A DNA stretch of 64,000 nucleotides from a virus: IMG/VR virus record IMGVR_UViG_3300007640_000027. The stretch is one strand, 5' to 3'. Below, piece after piece: positions 47,514 to 57,347 of this stretch (positions are counted from its first letter, which is position 1; the number at the start of each line of letters is the position of its first letter). Below the pieces are notes generated by a model. That model was not told the DNA's origin, made no database searches, and saw only the letters and a list, made by a program, of their open reading frames with translations. Position numbers and translations under genes: made by a program.

Positions 47514-48869
47514 TTATCCGAGTTTATTCATCAAATCTTTCATTCTCATGAATTGAGGATTCTCGTAAGTTTTGCTCTCAATTAAATTACTCGCAGATCC
47601 TCTACTCGGTGATTTAGTTACTTTAGCTTTTACACTTTCAGTAACAACTGAATCATTTTTAGAGTTAAAGTCTTCTTTGAGTGTTTGATAAAGAGCCTTT
47701 GATTCTTTAAGAGTTTCAACTGAATCAAAACGTCTTAAAATGTTTATTTTTTCTTGTTTTGTTGTTGTGTTTTCAGTGAAAAGACGTGTAGCATAAGCAA
47801 GATTTGAGTTGAAAACTGCAACTTCGTTGAGTTTTTCTTTAAAAATGTTAAGTGCCTTACGGTACTCTTCATTTTTCTCTCTTAATTGTTGAACTTCTTT
47901 TTTCAATTCAACATTTTCTCTTACTGCCGGTCTTAATCTGTCTGAAGCGTAGTCTTTAACGTTAGAGTTTGCAGTTTTAGCGTTTGGATATTTTCTTAAA
48001 GAAGCGTTGCTTCTTGCAGTTTCTTCCATTTCGCCTTCTTCCATTTCATAGTCTTTGTAGTGACCATCTACATCACCAGTCTTATGACCATCTCTACGTT
48101 TGTACTCGCCTTCTTTAGATCCCCAACCTTCTTTTGGTTCTTCCATTTCTTCAGACATTTCTTCTTCGTCTTCAAGTTCAATTTCATAAACCATTTCATC
48201 TTCTTCTTCCATTTCATAACCTTCTTTGTATTCGCCTTCCATTTCTTCGTCAGCGATTACTTCTTCGTCTTCTTCAGCTTCAGTTTGGATGATGTATTCA
48301 GCATCTTGATTTTCATCTTTTAAATGAATCTCATCGTCATCTTGTTTGATGATGATACCGTCTTCTTCACCCATTGCTTTGAAAACTTTTAAAAGTTCTT
48401 CGTCAGAAATACTTGTAAGATCCAAAGGTTCAACGAATTCTTCGTCTTCCACTTCATCTTCATCAGATAAATCCAACATAGACATCATTTCCATGTCTTC
48501 ATCACCTTCTTCATCAGATAAATCCAAGTCCATTTCGTCCTCGTCTTCATCTTCAACATCAAGATCAGGAAGTTCTAACTCTTCCTCATCTTCAACTTCA
48601 ATTTCAGCCTCTTCTTGTTCTTTCATTTCGTGACCTTTACCTTCTTCCATATCTTCTTCAGACATTTCAGAATAATCACCTTCTTCCATATCAACTGAAA
48701 CCATTTTTTCCTCAACCTCATCCTCTTCGGATAAAGATTCTTTTACCAGTTCACTGATTTCTTCCTTCATTGTAGAAGCAAGTATTCCTTTTGCATTTTC
48801 ATTTACGGCTTCCTCCAAATTCTTCATTTGTAGTAATGCCTCTTCAACTAAGTTTCTTTTTTCTGCCAT
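47514..48869 (-). CDS. Prohead scaffolding/core protein (T4 gp22-like)
   Basis: Extremely acidic coiled-coil protein immediately upstream of the major capsid gene. Confidence 0.75.
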   Translation of the reverse strand: MAEKRNLVEEALLQMKNLEEAVNENAKGILASTMKEEISELVKESLSEEDEVEEKMVSVDMEEGDYSEMSEEDMEEGKGHEMKEQEEAEIEVEDEEELELPDLDVEDEDEDEMDLDLSDEEGDEDMEMMSMLDLSDEDEVEDEEFVEPLDLTSISDEELLKVFKAMGEEDGIIIKQDDDEIHLKDENQDAEYIIQTEAEEDEEVIADEEMEGEYKEGYEMEEEDEMVYEIELEDEEEMSEEMEEPKEGWGSKEGEYKRRDGHKTGDVDGHYKDYEMEEGEMEETARSNASLRKYPNAKTANSNVKDYASDRLRPAVRENVELKKEVQQLREKNEEYRKALNIFKEKLNEVAVFNSNLAYATRLFTENTTTKQEKINILRRFDSVETLKESKALYQTLKEDFNSKNDSVVTESVKAKVTKSPSRGSASNLIESKTYENPQFMRMKDLMNKLG

Positions 48870-48995
48870 TAGTATATTTTTGCAAAAAAGTTTATTATTC
48901 CTTTATAAATATAGTAGGAATAAAAAAAAATTCATTTTTATACCCAAATAGCAATATTTTTTTTTAATTTTGTGTTTTTTTTGTTAATTTATTGC

Positions 48996-49027
48996 AAAAA
49001 AAAATCGGGTATAAACCCGATTTTCTT
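48996..49027 (-). terminator. Intrinsic terminator
   Basis: AAAATCGGGT-ATAA-ACCCGATTTT with a T-run on the minus strand. Confidence 0.7.
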
Positions 49028-49048
49028 AATTTTTGTTGATAATTAATC

Positions 49049-49258
49049 TTATGAAATTACCTCATCTATCTTACTTTCTGATACCGAAGTAATTCTCCAT
49101 TCGTAAGAAAAACCTTCAAAATTCTTCGTTACTTTTGCCTCACAATCTGTTACTGATATTGCTGAAACCAACTTTTCTTCACGAATTCGTTTAACCTTTC
49201 CTGATTGATCATCCAATAAATCATATTGAATCTTTACTATAAAATACTTTTCTTCCAT
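49049..49258 (-). CDS. DUF4494-like small protein
   Basis: YF.VKI.Y...GKVKR..E..LV.A.S.T..EA...I.S..ESKI.EV pattern of a Bacteroidota family (from memory). Confidence 0.55.
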   Translation of the reverse strand: MEEKYFIVKIQYDLLDDQSGKVKRIREEKLVSAISVTDCEAKVTKNFEGFSYEWRITSVSESKIDEVIS

Positions 49259-49270
49259 AATGTGTTTTTT

Positions 49271-49990
49271 TTAATACCCTAAATAATCGGAAAGTTTTTT
49301 CATTAAATCAATAGATTGATCCAAAGAATTTTGACTTTTGTTCTCAGATCTCGCTTTTGTCTCCTCTTCAATATTTTCATCATACTTCATTCGGTCATCT
49401 TGATTTAAAAATAGATATGCCCCAGGTGTAGATGGTGAAGATACTAAATCAAAACATATTAGTTCAAAATCATCTTGTACTTCGTTTTGTTCTCCTTTTT
49501 TTGTTAATGTTCCTATTCCACGAGAAGAAACCCCCATAGTTACACCTTGTCTCATCAAGTTTGCTGCTTGATCACCAGGACAAGAAACTACTCCACGTTC
49601 GTGAAAACCAGGTGAGGTTAATAATTTTAATTTACCCATTAATACATTACCTTCCCACCACATATCAGTAATAAGGTGTGATACACGGTCTAAGTCAATT
49701 AATGATGACTCAGGGTGATTAAGTTCTGAAATAGACAATCCTTTTTTGATTGCTTGTTGGTATTTTTCAGCTTCTCGTCTTAATATTTTTTCGGGATAAA
49801 TTCTACCGTTTCTATTTGGTGTATCGTACTTTTGAAGTACCGCATAGAATTCAAAAGGTTTAGAATGGTCAAGTTGTCCGTAAGATTCTTTTATGATCTC
49901 AGCATTTCTGGTATCATTTGGATTAATGAAACCGGCATCCCATTCAATTAATATACCGTTACCCGTATCGTTTGGTCCTAATATTTTCAT
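49271..49990 (-). CDS. Prohead protease (T4 gp21-like)
   Basis: NRNGRIYP, ELNHP, VSH, GVSSRG, FDLVSSPSTPGA. Confidence 0.93.
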   Translation of the reverse strand: MKILGPNDTGNGILIEWDAGFINPNDTRNAEIIKESYGQLDHSKPFEFYAVLQKYDTPNRNGRIYPEKILRREAEKYQQAIKKGLSISELNHPESSLIDLDRVSHLITDMWWEGNVLMGKLKLLTSPGFHERGVVSCPGDQAANLMRQGVTMGVSSRGIGTLTKKGEQNEVQDDFELICFDLVSSPSTPGAYLFLNQDDRMKYDENIEEETKARSENKSQNSLDQSIDLMKKLSDYLGY

Positions 49991-50018
49991 TTATTTTATT
50001 TTAAATATTTTTATAACT

Positions 50019-50423
50019 TTATCCATATAATTCAAGTATCACATCAAATTCACTTATACTACGATTAATAAGACTGAGTACTTTTGAATTCATTTGTTTA
50101 GCGATAAAAGTTTTATAATCAAAAGCTAATGCGGTGTCTTGATCAAAGTCACTTGAGTACAACGCATAATTTTTAGCGAATTCAGTTACATCATTTCCTT
50201 CATATATTATTTCACCTACTTGAACAAGAACTTCTATGTCATTATTTTTTAGATCCCCTTGAATTACGATATTACTTGGAATTATTTTGGAACCTCTAAA
50301 TCCATATTCATACACAAAATCATTAAGATTAATTAGATTATTAATTCTTTGTGTGACATTTTCTTGTTCACTGATCATATCTTGTAATCTTAGATATTGA
50401 GATTCATTTATTAAGAATTTCAT
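50019..50423 (-). CDS. Hypothetical protein with an INESQY leader
   Basis: MKFLINESQYLRLQDMISEQ; late promoter upstream. Confidence 0.55.
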   Translation of the reverse strand: MKFLINESQYLRLQDMISEQENVTQRINNLINLNDFVYEYGFRGSKIIPSNIVIQGDLKNNDIEVLVQVGEIIYEGNDVTEFAKNYALYSSDFDQDTALAFDYKTFIAKQMNSKVLSLINRSISEFDVILELYG

Positions 50424-50448
50424 AGTTCAAGTTTAATTAATAAATATA

Positions 50449-50886
50449 TTAAACTTTTTCTTTTTTTGTTTTATGTAGGGTAAAGTATTTATTTTTCATA
50501 AGAGTATATTGATAAATAGACTTTACAATGTCCTTTATTTTATCCCTGAGTGTGACTGATTTAAACTCCATATTTTTCTTGAAAAATAATGTCACCTCCA
50601 AGTTCATAAAACTTCTTTTTCCTGGTTGAATGCCGCTGGTTCGTAAATCCAAATCAACAATCATATTGTCTTCAAAAATTTCTTTATCAAGAACTTCAGA
50701 TAACATTAACCTTACATTTCTTTCTAAATTCCTTGTATTTCTGTTCCAATTATCATATTCTTCTTTTGGTTCCATCCACGTTTGAATTACAATATATATG
50801 GATTTCATTTCTATGGAATCTACTGTTCCATAAGACGATTTAATATTTTTAAACCCCTTTAGTGTTGAAGTTTTTCCTTTTTTCAT
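50449..50886 (-). CDS. Conserved hypothetical protein
   Basis: YGTVD...KSIY...IVDLDLRTSG...KRSFM.LE.TL. Confidence 0.6.
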   Translation of the reverse strand: MKKGKTSTLKGFKNIKSSYGTVDSIEMKSIYIVIQTWMEPKEEYDNWNRNTRNLERNVRLMLSEVLDKEIFEDNMIVDLDLRTSGIQPGKRSFMNLEVTLFFKKNMEFKSVTLRDKIKDIVKSIYQYTLMKNKYFTLHKTKKEKV

Positions 50887-50923
50887 TTATTATTTTCATA
50901 ATTATATAGTTTATTTTGATTAA

Positions 50924-50952
50924 ATTATATTAAAAAAAATAGGTTAAATCAA
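50924..50952 (-). promoter_or_regulatory. Sigma70-like promoter
   Basis: TTGATT-N17-TATAAT on the minus strand. Confidence 0.55.
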
Positions 50953-50971
50953 ACAAATAATAAAATCTTTA

Positions 50972-50978
50972 TATTTAT
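50972..50978 (+). promoter_or_regulatory. Late-promoter motif TATTTAT upstream of bS21 (representative of about 20 copies)
   Basis: The same sense-strand heptamer precedes nearly all structural operons (see findings). Confidence 0.65.
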
Positions 50979-50995
50979 CATCATATAAAAACTTT

Positions 50996-51187
50996 ATGCT
51001 AATTATAAAAGTAAAAAATAAAGGAGGGATAGAAAGAGCCCTCAAGGAATACAAAAACAAGGTTTACAAAACCAAAATGCTTGAACAAATCAGAAACAGG
51101 CAAGAACACACCAAAAAATCAATTAAAAGAAGAGAAGAAAGACTTAACGCCATTTATATTCAAAAGAAAAAAGGGTCAGAAGACTGA
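50996..51187 (+). CDS. rpsU: Phage-encoded 30S ribosomal protein bS21
   Basis: MLII.V....IERALK.YK.KV.KT....IR.R....K.S..RR....A.Y; 63 aa, basic. Confidence 0.88.
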   Translation: MLIIKVKNKGGIERALKEYKNKVYKTKMLEQIRNRQEHTKKSIKRREERLNAIYIQKKKGSED

Positions 51188-51198
51188 CCCTTTCATTT
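51168..51198. terminator. Hairpin overlapping the bS21 stop, between convergent genes
   Basis: AAAGGGTCAG-AAGA-CTGACCCTTT. Confidence 0.65.
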
Positions 51199-51403
51199 AA
51201 ATCTTTTTGGAAAAGTGTTCAACTGCGGTTGCTCCTAGTCCAACCATTACTATTCCAACCATACCTTCCCAAACATATTCTTTTAAAGGTATCTCTTTAA
51301 AAACATTCACTCCGAATGCAAGTGCTACCAATATAAATGCGATAAATGTAATTATCCTTTTGGAAGATCTGTTACCGTCAACATCATTTAAAAAATTACT
51401 CAT
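51197..51403 (-). CDS. Small two-TM membrane protein (holin-like)
   Basis: G..SSKR followed by two hydrophobic helices and a basic C-terminus. Confidence 0.5.
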   Translation of the reverse strand: MSNFLNDVDGNRSSKRIITFIAFILVALAFGVNVFKEIPLKEYVWEGMVGIVMVGLGATAVEHFSKKI

Positions 51404-51614
51404 TTTTTAAAAATTTGTCCGATATATATTTTTTTATAATATCCATATTTTTGCTTGCGAAAATACCCAAAGCAAAACCTGCATAAATTTTGTATCCTAA
51501 AATCCATAATACGATACCTAAGATACCACCACCCAAACCATCAACACCCATGGTTTGTGCCCAAGCCTTAACTAAGCCAATAACTTTTTTTACATATTCA
51601 ATAACATTTTTCAT
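51396..51614 (-). CDS. Small membrane protein
   Basis: Central Gly-rich hydrophobic segment. Confidence 0.5.
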   Translation of the reverse strand: MKNVIEYVKKVIGLVKAWAQTMGVDGLGGGILGIVLWILGYKIYAGFALGIFASKNMDIIKKYISDKFLKNE

Positions 51615-52345
51615 AATCCTGATTTTAAATTTTTGAGTTTATATAGGCTTATACCTGAAACTTCAGATTCATTAATTCTTTGAATTGATAATTCAATTTT
51701 CTCTTTTAATTCAGAATCATCAGATTCATTAAGCTTGGTGCTTAATTTTTCAATAACCTCTTCTTTTAATGATTCAATTTCTTTTTTGAGTTCAGATCTT
51801 GAAAGAGATAAAATTTCTTTCAATTCCTTTTTTTCACTTTCTGAAATATTTGAATATTCTTTGTTGAAAGTATTGGTTACGATCTTCAACATTGAGGAAA
51901 TTGGAATTTGAGAATAACTAACATTCTCTACTAACTTTTCGGAAGATGTTAAAATGTTTTTTATATTTTTCTTGGACTCCAAAACTTTTTCAATATCTTT
52001 GATGCCCTTTTTATATACGATATTATCAATGTCTTGGTAGTGATTTTCTGATGTGTCAGATAAATTTTCATTTAACCACATTTTAATTTCTTTAAGTTCT
52101 TCAGAAGATTTTTCAATCGTTTCTTTTAAAGAAATAACCATTTCATTAAGATACTCATCTACAATATCTTTAGATATATTTGATTTTTTACTTAATTTAT
52201 CATAACCGTGATAAATTTCAGCTATATTTTTATTCTTAATTACATTCTCATTAAAAACCTTCATTGTATTTTTAAATGATGGTTTTCCATATGAATTCAC
52301 CAAAAGGTATTCAATATTACTTTTTATTTGTCCGAAAGTTCTCAT
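51611..52345 (-). CDS. Hypothetical coiled-coil protein (putative prohead component)
   Basis: Downstream of the portal gene; many L/I-x-E sites. Confidence 0.55.
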   Translation of the reverse strand: MRTFGQIKSNIEYLLVNSYGKPSFKNTMKVFNENVIKNKNIAEIYHGYDKLSKKSNISKDIVDEYLNEMVISLKETIEKSSEELKEIKMWLNENLSDTSENHYQDIDNIVYKKGIKDIEKVLESKKNIKNILTSSEKLVENVSYSQIPISSMLKIVTNTFNKEYSNISESEKKELKEILSLSRSELKKEIESLKEEVIEKLSTKLNESDDSELKEKIELSIQRINESEVSGISLYKLKNLKSGL

Positions 52346-52364
52346 AAGTTTTTATTAATAAATA

Positions 52365-54239
52365 TTACTTTTTTAAGATTCGTTCCAATTCTTTTTCTAT
52401 ATCACCCAAAGATTGTCTTCCTTTTGATAAATCTATCGTTTGTGATCCACTAATAATATTGTCTTCTAAAATCAAATTTAAATCGTTTTTATTTACAGAT
52501 TCAGGAGTAATTTCCTCACCACCACCTAATCCTCCGGCTTCACCGCCAGTCTCTCCACCAACTTCTCCCCCTAAGTCACCACCGAGGTCTTCACCACCTA
52601 AATCACCTCCAATACTACCACCGAATCCTCCACCAATATCACTTGATGGTTCAGTAACTTCACCCGCAGGTTCACCTTCTGTTCCAGCAGGCGCTTTGGT
52701 TCCATATAACTTATCAATATTTGAGAATATACCTGTTTTCTGAATAACCTCAGCTGTTTTTTCCAACTCAGATCCAACAGCCTTTTCAATTCGTTGTTGT
52801 TGTAAATCCAATTTAATTTCTTCATCAGAGAAACCAAGAATATGTTTCTTAGCCCACGATGATGATACAGGTTGTATTCCATTACCAGGATCACTAACCG
52901 CATCTCTATATAATTGAATTTTTTGTTGCCAATTTTCAACCTTAAGAAGATCCGCTTGAGTTGAAGGATTTGTGAGACCTAATGTAAAATTATTAAGTTC
53001 ATCTTCAAACCCCAATAAAAACAAATGAATAATTGCAATCTTATTCATTTCTTGAAGCATAGATTTTTGAATTCTATTTATAGTTCTTGCGAAACGAATA
53101 TCTTGTAACGCCAAGTTTTTACCATCACCGACAACATCTTCAAAACCCAAAAATGCTTTTGGTACACGAAGAGCGGTGAGTAATTTTTTCTGTATGTATT
53201 CAATATCTGCGATCTCAGACAAGTTCTGAGCGCCAGGTAGGGTATCAATAGGGTTTGGTGCGTTAGGGTCTCTAACGGGGATAAAAAAGTCCTGATCAAC
53301 CGCCATTTGATTATACCTTAAGTCCACATTACCATTTGAAGGATCAACGATCTGATCTCTTTTAAATTTATTGGCAACTCTTTGTACATACGGCTCCACA
53401 TCTTTGTCGTCCATATTACCAACAAAGATTTTAAAAACACGTCTTTCTGGTGCTCTTGATGTTCTATAAATTAACATCGCATCTTCAGATAAAATAAGTT
53501 GTTTCCAAATTCTTCTAGCTTTTTCCAACATAGACGTACCATAGGGTAATTTTCGGTCATCACCCAATAATCTAAAATGGGCGATTTCCCAAGTATTAAA
53601 GGTCATATCCTTATTCTGCCATAAGAATTTTAACGCATCGTTTTCAGTTTCGGTGGTATTCCTTTCAGGTTTGATTTTCATACCACGTTCTTGGCGAGTT
53701 ATTTCAATATTCGGCAATTGTTGAGCACCCATAACTCCTTTAACAGGATCCAACTTCAAATAAACAAAGTTATCACCATATTTGCAAGTGTTTCGGGTCC
53801 ACATCGGAAGATTGGTACTGATGTCCAATCTGTTATTAAACAGATCGGCAAGAATAGATTTTATTCTTTTACTTTCAGAATATATTTGCAAAGTAAAACC
53901 ATCTTCATCTGTTGTTGTAGATTCTTCAGCATAGATATCCAAAGCCGCAGAAATTTCAGGAGTATACTCCATAGATTCATAATCATAAAAAGATGCCAAA
54001 CGTGTGGGTTCATAATAAACCGCTTGAGAATATAAATTATTTTCAATCTTTTGCCATTGCTGACCCAAATATAATGTTTGTTGGCTTTGAAGTTTTTCTC
54101 TTTCAAATTCTTTTTTGTCTGGTGTTTTTAAGATTTCTTTTTTATCAAACTTAAACACCGGTGCTTGCTGATCAATTGTTGAATCAGGACCAAATACTTT
54201 GGTAAGACGTTGCCATATTGTGAAATTATTTTCAGCCAT
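52365..54239 (-). CDS. Portal protein (T4 gp20-like)
   Basis: PEISAALDIYAEE, YR.SRAPERRVF.I.VGNM, DFFIP.R, TLPG.QNL..I.DIEY..KKL..AL.VP; Gly-rich acidic tail. Confidence 0.95.
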   Translation of the reverse strand: MAENNFTIWQRLTKVFGPDSTIDQQAPVFKFDKKEILKTPDKKEFEREKLQSQQTLYLGQQWQKIENNLYSQAVYYEPTRLASFYDYESMEYTPEISAALDIYAEESTTTDEDGFTLQIYSESKRIKSILADLFNNRLDISTNLPMWTRNTCKYGDNFVYLKLDPVKGVMGAQQLPNIEITRQERGMKIKPERNTTETENDALKFLWQNKDMTFNTWEIAHFRLLGDDRKLPYGTSMLEKARRIWKQLILSEDAMLIYRTSRAPERRVFKIFVGNMDDKDVEPYVQRVANKFKRDQIVDPSNGNVDLRYNQMAVDQDFFIPVRDPNAPNPIDTLPGAQNLSEIADIEYIQKKLLTALRVPKAFLGFEDVVGDGKNLALQDIRFARTINRIQKSMLQEMNKIAIIHLFLLGFEDELNNFTLGLTNPSTQADLLKVENWQQKIQLYRDAVSDPGNGIQPVSSSWAKKHILGFSDEEIKLDLQQQRIEKAVGSELEKTAEVIQKTGIFSNIDKLYGTKAPAGTEGEPAGEVTEPSSDIGGGFGGSIGGDLGGEDLGGDLGGEVGGETGGEAGGLGGGEEITPESVNKNDLNLILEDNIISGSQTIDLSKGRQSLGDIEKELERILKK

Positions 54240-54283
54240 TTAAAATTCTTTTTATATAAATACTAATAAAGAGTTATTTTTAT

Positions 54284-56059
54284 TCAACCTTTATATCCAA
54301 ACAACCAACCATATTTTTCATAATTCTCTTTGGTATGGTTATTTGCATATGGATTATGTGTTTGTTGGTTACCCATAACAGGTACACCAGGATTAAAATC
54401 TCTAGCAGTATTTTTTGGCTCACTTTCCTGTACCATCCAACTATCCATCATCGCTTTGGTTTGATTATCCACTTTTTCCAATTTAGAAAAAGATGTTTCA
54501 CCCACATAAATCGCCATCGCAATTGCCATAATCAAATCATCATGCTGACCCTTTTGGTGATCTGGTCTTCCGTTTATATATACAAAGGTACCGATCTCAT
54601 TTAATAACCTTTGAGACCGAATAACAAAATTGTGTCTTAACGCTTCCTCAAATGATGCAACAATCTGAACTCTTTTTGTGTTAAAATTTATGCCAGGTAT
54701 TTTTTCCATTGCCTTTGGATTATACTTCCACTTATCAGCAACATTTGTACCATCAACATATAAATTTTTATAACCCAACTCTTGCATCTTACGAGCAGTA
54801 GATACCCCCATACCTCCCGTGATATCAATTACCACAAAACAATTATACATTGTCGCCCATTTATATGCGACCTCAGCCGCAACATCAGGTGGTATCTTAC
54901 CCACATATTCTAATACCTGTTCCCTATCATCAAAATCAATAATAGAAAAAGTTGTAAAGTCTTCGCTATCACCACGTGAAACATCCAACCCCATAATATA
55001 TTTTTTCCCATTTTCAGGTTCCTTCCATTGCCAAATGGCACCACCCATAAACTTATTAATCGGATCTTTAATATCCCTCTCACGAATTCTTTCCACAACA
55101 TCAGGTGGAATAACATTATCCCCCGATCCAAGAAAATTACATTCCAATTCCTGACTGATCTTACGTCTGTCAAATTTTAGTTTTTTAGCCATCTTCTCAA
55201 ACCAAGAAGAATATGGTTTATAACCATCAGACATTAATCTTTTGATTTCAGAAAAATCCCTTTCTCTCGGAGCAATATTTGTGAAATCAATTATTATCTC
55301 ATCATCATTATATTCTTCTCTGTTAAGCATATAATGAACAATATCTTTGACCTTTATTAGTTTTAAGTCACTGGCATAGCGAGGATCACGGTACCAATAC
55401 ATTTCCGTGACCTTAAAGTCATTCATTTTCTTAAGTGACTGATCGTATATAGGATAATAAATTGAATCAAAACCATTTGGTGTGGAAATTACAATTACTT
55501 TACCACCTGTAGATAATGATGCCATACACGCAGACCAGAAATCGTCATCTGCCTCAATGTAGGCGGCCTCATCAAAAATCAACATCGTGGGGGTATAACC
55601 TCTTAATGCATCTTTTGATGTTGCAACGGCTTTAACTTCACAACCATTAGTTAACCTGTAGTGACCAGCACCATTTTTCTTTGCATCAAAATCAATACCC
55701 AACCAAGATGGCCATTGATCCAAAAAGGAACGGATTTTCGTTGACATTTCAACGGCAGTATCCTTTTTGTTTGCAATAATTAGAATTTTTTCAGGTTTGG
55801 ATTTGGATGCGGTTACGAGTTTTTTGGATACCCAAGCCGCAGTTACTGTTGATACACCCGCTTGTCGGTATTTCAACGCAATATTTTCATCATAGTTTTC
55901 GTAGTCATTAACCAAAGAAACCTGATCATTAAAAAGGTTTAATGGTACGAAACTTGATTGTGTATTATCAAAAGTTTTTAGATAAGTCTTAAGAGCATAT
56001 GGAGTATCTTTAACAATTTTTGCATATTCCAATAATGCTTGTTCTCTTGTTACTGACAT
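54284..56059 (-). CDS. Terminase large subunit (T4 gp17-like)
   Basis: KYRQAGVST, IFDEAA, ISTPNG, QELEC.F.GS, GLDVSRG...D, HDDLIMA. Confidence 0.95.
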   Translation of the reverse strand: MSVTREQALLEYAKIVKDTPYALKTYLKTFDNTQSSFVPLNLFNDQVSLVNDYENYDENIALKYRQAGVSTVTAAWVSKKLVTASKSKPEKILIIANKKDTAVEMSTKIRSFLDQWPSWLGIDFDAKKNGAGHYRLTNGCEVKAVATSKDALRGYTPTMLIFDEAAYIEADDDFWSACMASLSTGGKVIVISTPNGFDSIYYPIYDQSLKKMNDFKVTEMYWYRDPRYASDLKLIKVKDIVHYMLNREEYNDDEIIIDFTNIAPRERDFSEIKRLMSDGYKPYSSWFEKMAKKLKFDRRKISQELECNFLGSGDNVIPPDVVERIRERDIKDPINKFMGGAIWQWKEPENGKKYIMGLDVSRGDSEDFTTFSIIDFDDREQVLEYVGKIPPDVAAEVAYKWATMYNCFVVIDITGGMGVSTARKMQELGYKNLYVDGTNVADKWKYNPKAMEKIPGINFNTKRVQIVASFEEALRHNFVIRSQRLLNEIGTFVYINGRPDHQKGQHDDLIMAIAMAIYVGETSFSKLEKVDNQTKAMMDSWMVQESEPKNTARDFNPGVPVMGNQQTHNPYANNHTKENYEKYGWLFGYKG

Positions 56060-56078
56060 CCATAATTTTAATTAAATT

Positions 56079-57347
56079 TTATGAAAGAGAGATACCTAAA
56101 TCACCCAATAAATTATCTAGTGCATCGTCCTCATCATCATCTTCCATTGCACTCATAGCATCTTCATAGTCTTCCATTTGAAGTTGCTCAATGATATCAT
56201 CAACCATACGGTTCATAATTTGAGTACCTCTTTTGTCTCCACTTAAGATATATTTTGCCAATTCAAAGAATTCATCAGTAGTTAAAGATGAAAAACGACT
56301 AAATAAATAAGATTGAATGATCTTTTTATCATCATCAAATAATCTATCAGGATATGCTTCAGTAAATTTCTCCCAGAAAACAGGTCCCAAACGTAAATCC
56401 CATATTTCATAAGGTAAAGTATCTTGAGATGCCATTACCATTTCTGCCGCCTTAGGATCATCAGGTAACCCTTGTGTACCCAAAGCTTCATATACACCTT
56501 TTATGATTTCGTGTACCAAAATTGGAAAAAATAACCCTTTAGCAATAATTGTTGGTGGGTCAGTTTCATCATCAACTTCTTCTTTACCTTCCATTGCTTG
56601 TCCACCTTCAGCCGCAGACATTGTCATTTGATCCGGCAAGATCCAATAAAGTAAATCATTTACTGACATTACAACACCATAAAGATTTAACAAACGTGGA
56701 TTGATTTTATTTAATTCTTCCTCCACCATATGAAACATATAATGTCCCTTTTTGGATGCACCTTGAATAAGTGAATTAACAAAACGTCTTTTTGCTTTTT
56801 CCAAATCAAACTTTTCAAAAGCGGCAATGAAGTTTTCCAAATCATCTTCGGCCTCATCTTCAGAAACTCCAAATTGTTCCACCACATCTTCATCTTCTGG
56901 TTCAACAGAAGTAGTTTGCATACCTGATGTACCTATTTGTCCACGACCTGACATTATTTCAACATCATATTGAAATGCATCATCCGGAATACCTAATTCT
57001 CTTTTTACTAAATCAACTGCAAGTTGTTCCAAATATCCTTCATTATTAGATTCAATTTGTTTTATCTCTTGAACAGATCTCATTAACATAGAACCAAGGT
57101 TCGTAAGTTGGTTTTGACTTACAGATTCCATACCTGTATATCTTTTAACCTTATCTACAACATCTTTGAATCTTTTTGACGCCAATAATTGCTCAAATGA
57201 ATTATCTTCTTCATCGTCTTCATCCTTGCGAGGCAAAGCAGGACTTTGAGAAAATGGTGTTTCACCTTTTTCTAATTTTGATTGTATTGAAGGATCCATT
57301 CTTTCTGGTCCTTCGTATTCTATCTGTTCTTTAATCTTCTTACTCAT
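56079..57347 (-). CDS. Acidic hypothetical protein (putative head-associated)
   Basis: KRRFVNSLIQG...HEIIKG...E.WDLRLGP; upstream of the terminase gene. Confidence 0.55.
   Translation of the reverse strand: MSKKIKEQIEYEGPERMDPSIQSKLEKGETPFSQSPALPRKDEDDEEDNSFEQLLASKRFKDVVDKVKRYTGMESVSQNQLTNLGSMLMRSVQEIKQIESNNEGYLEQLAVDLVKRELGIPDDAFQYDVEIMSGRGQIGTSGMQTTSVEPEDEDVVEQFGVSEDEAEDDLENFIAAFEKFDLEKAKRRFVNSLIQGASKKGHYMFHMVEEELNKINPRLLNLYGVVMSVNDLLYWILPDQMTMSAAEGGQAMEGKEEVDDETDPPTIIAKGLFFPILVHEIIKGVYEALGTQGLPDDPKAAEMVMASQDTLPYEIWDLRLGPVFWEKFTEAYPDRLFDDDKKIIQSYLFSRFSSLTTDEFFELAKYILSGDKRGTQIMNRMVDDIIEQLQMEDYEDAMSAMEDDDEDDALDNLLGDLGISLS

Noticed and set aside
48060-48633. Ser-rich and Phe-rich antisense ORFs (also at 20968, 52459, 57428, 59663)
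   Set aside because: Artefacts of the reverse complement of GAA/GAT-rich or other low-complexity coding sequence
52500-52700. GGDLGG-type repeats at the portal C-terminus
   Set aside because: Low-complexity disordered tail, common in T4-like portals; no DNA-level repeat system evident
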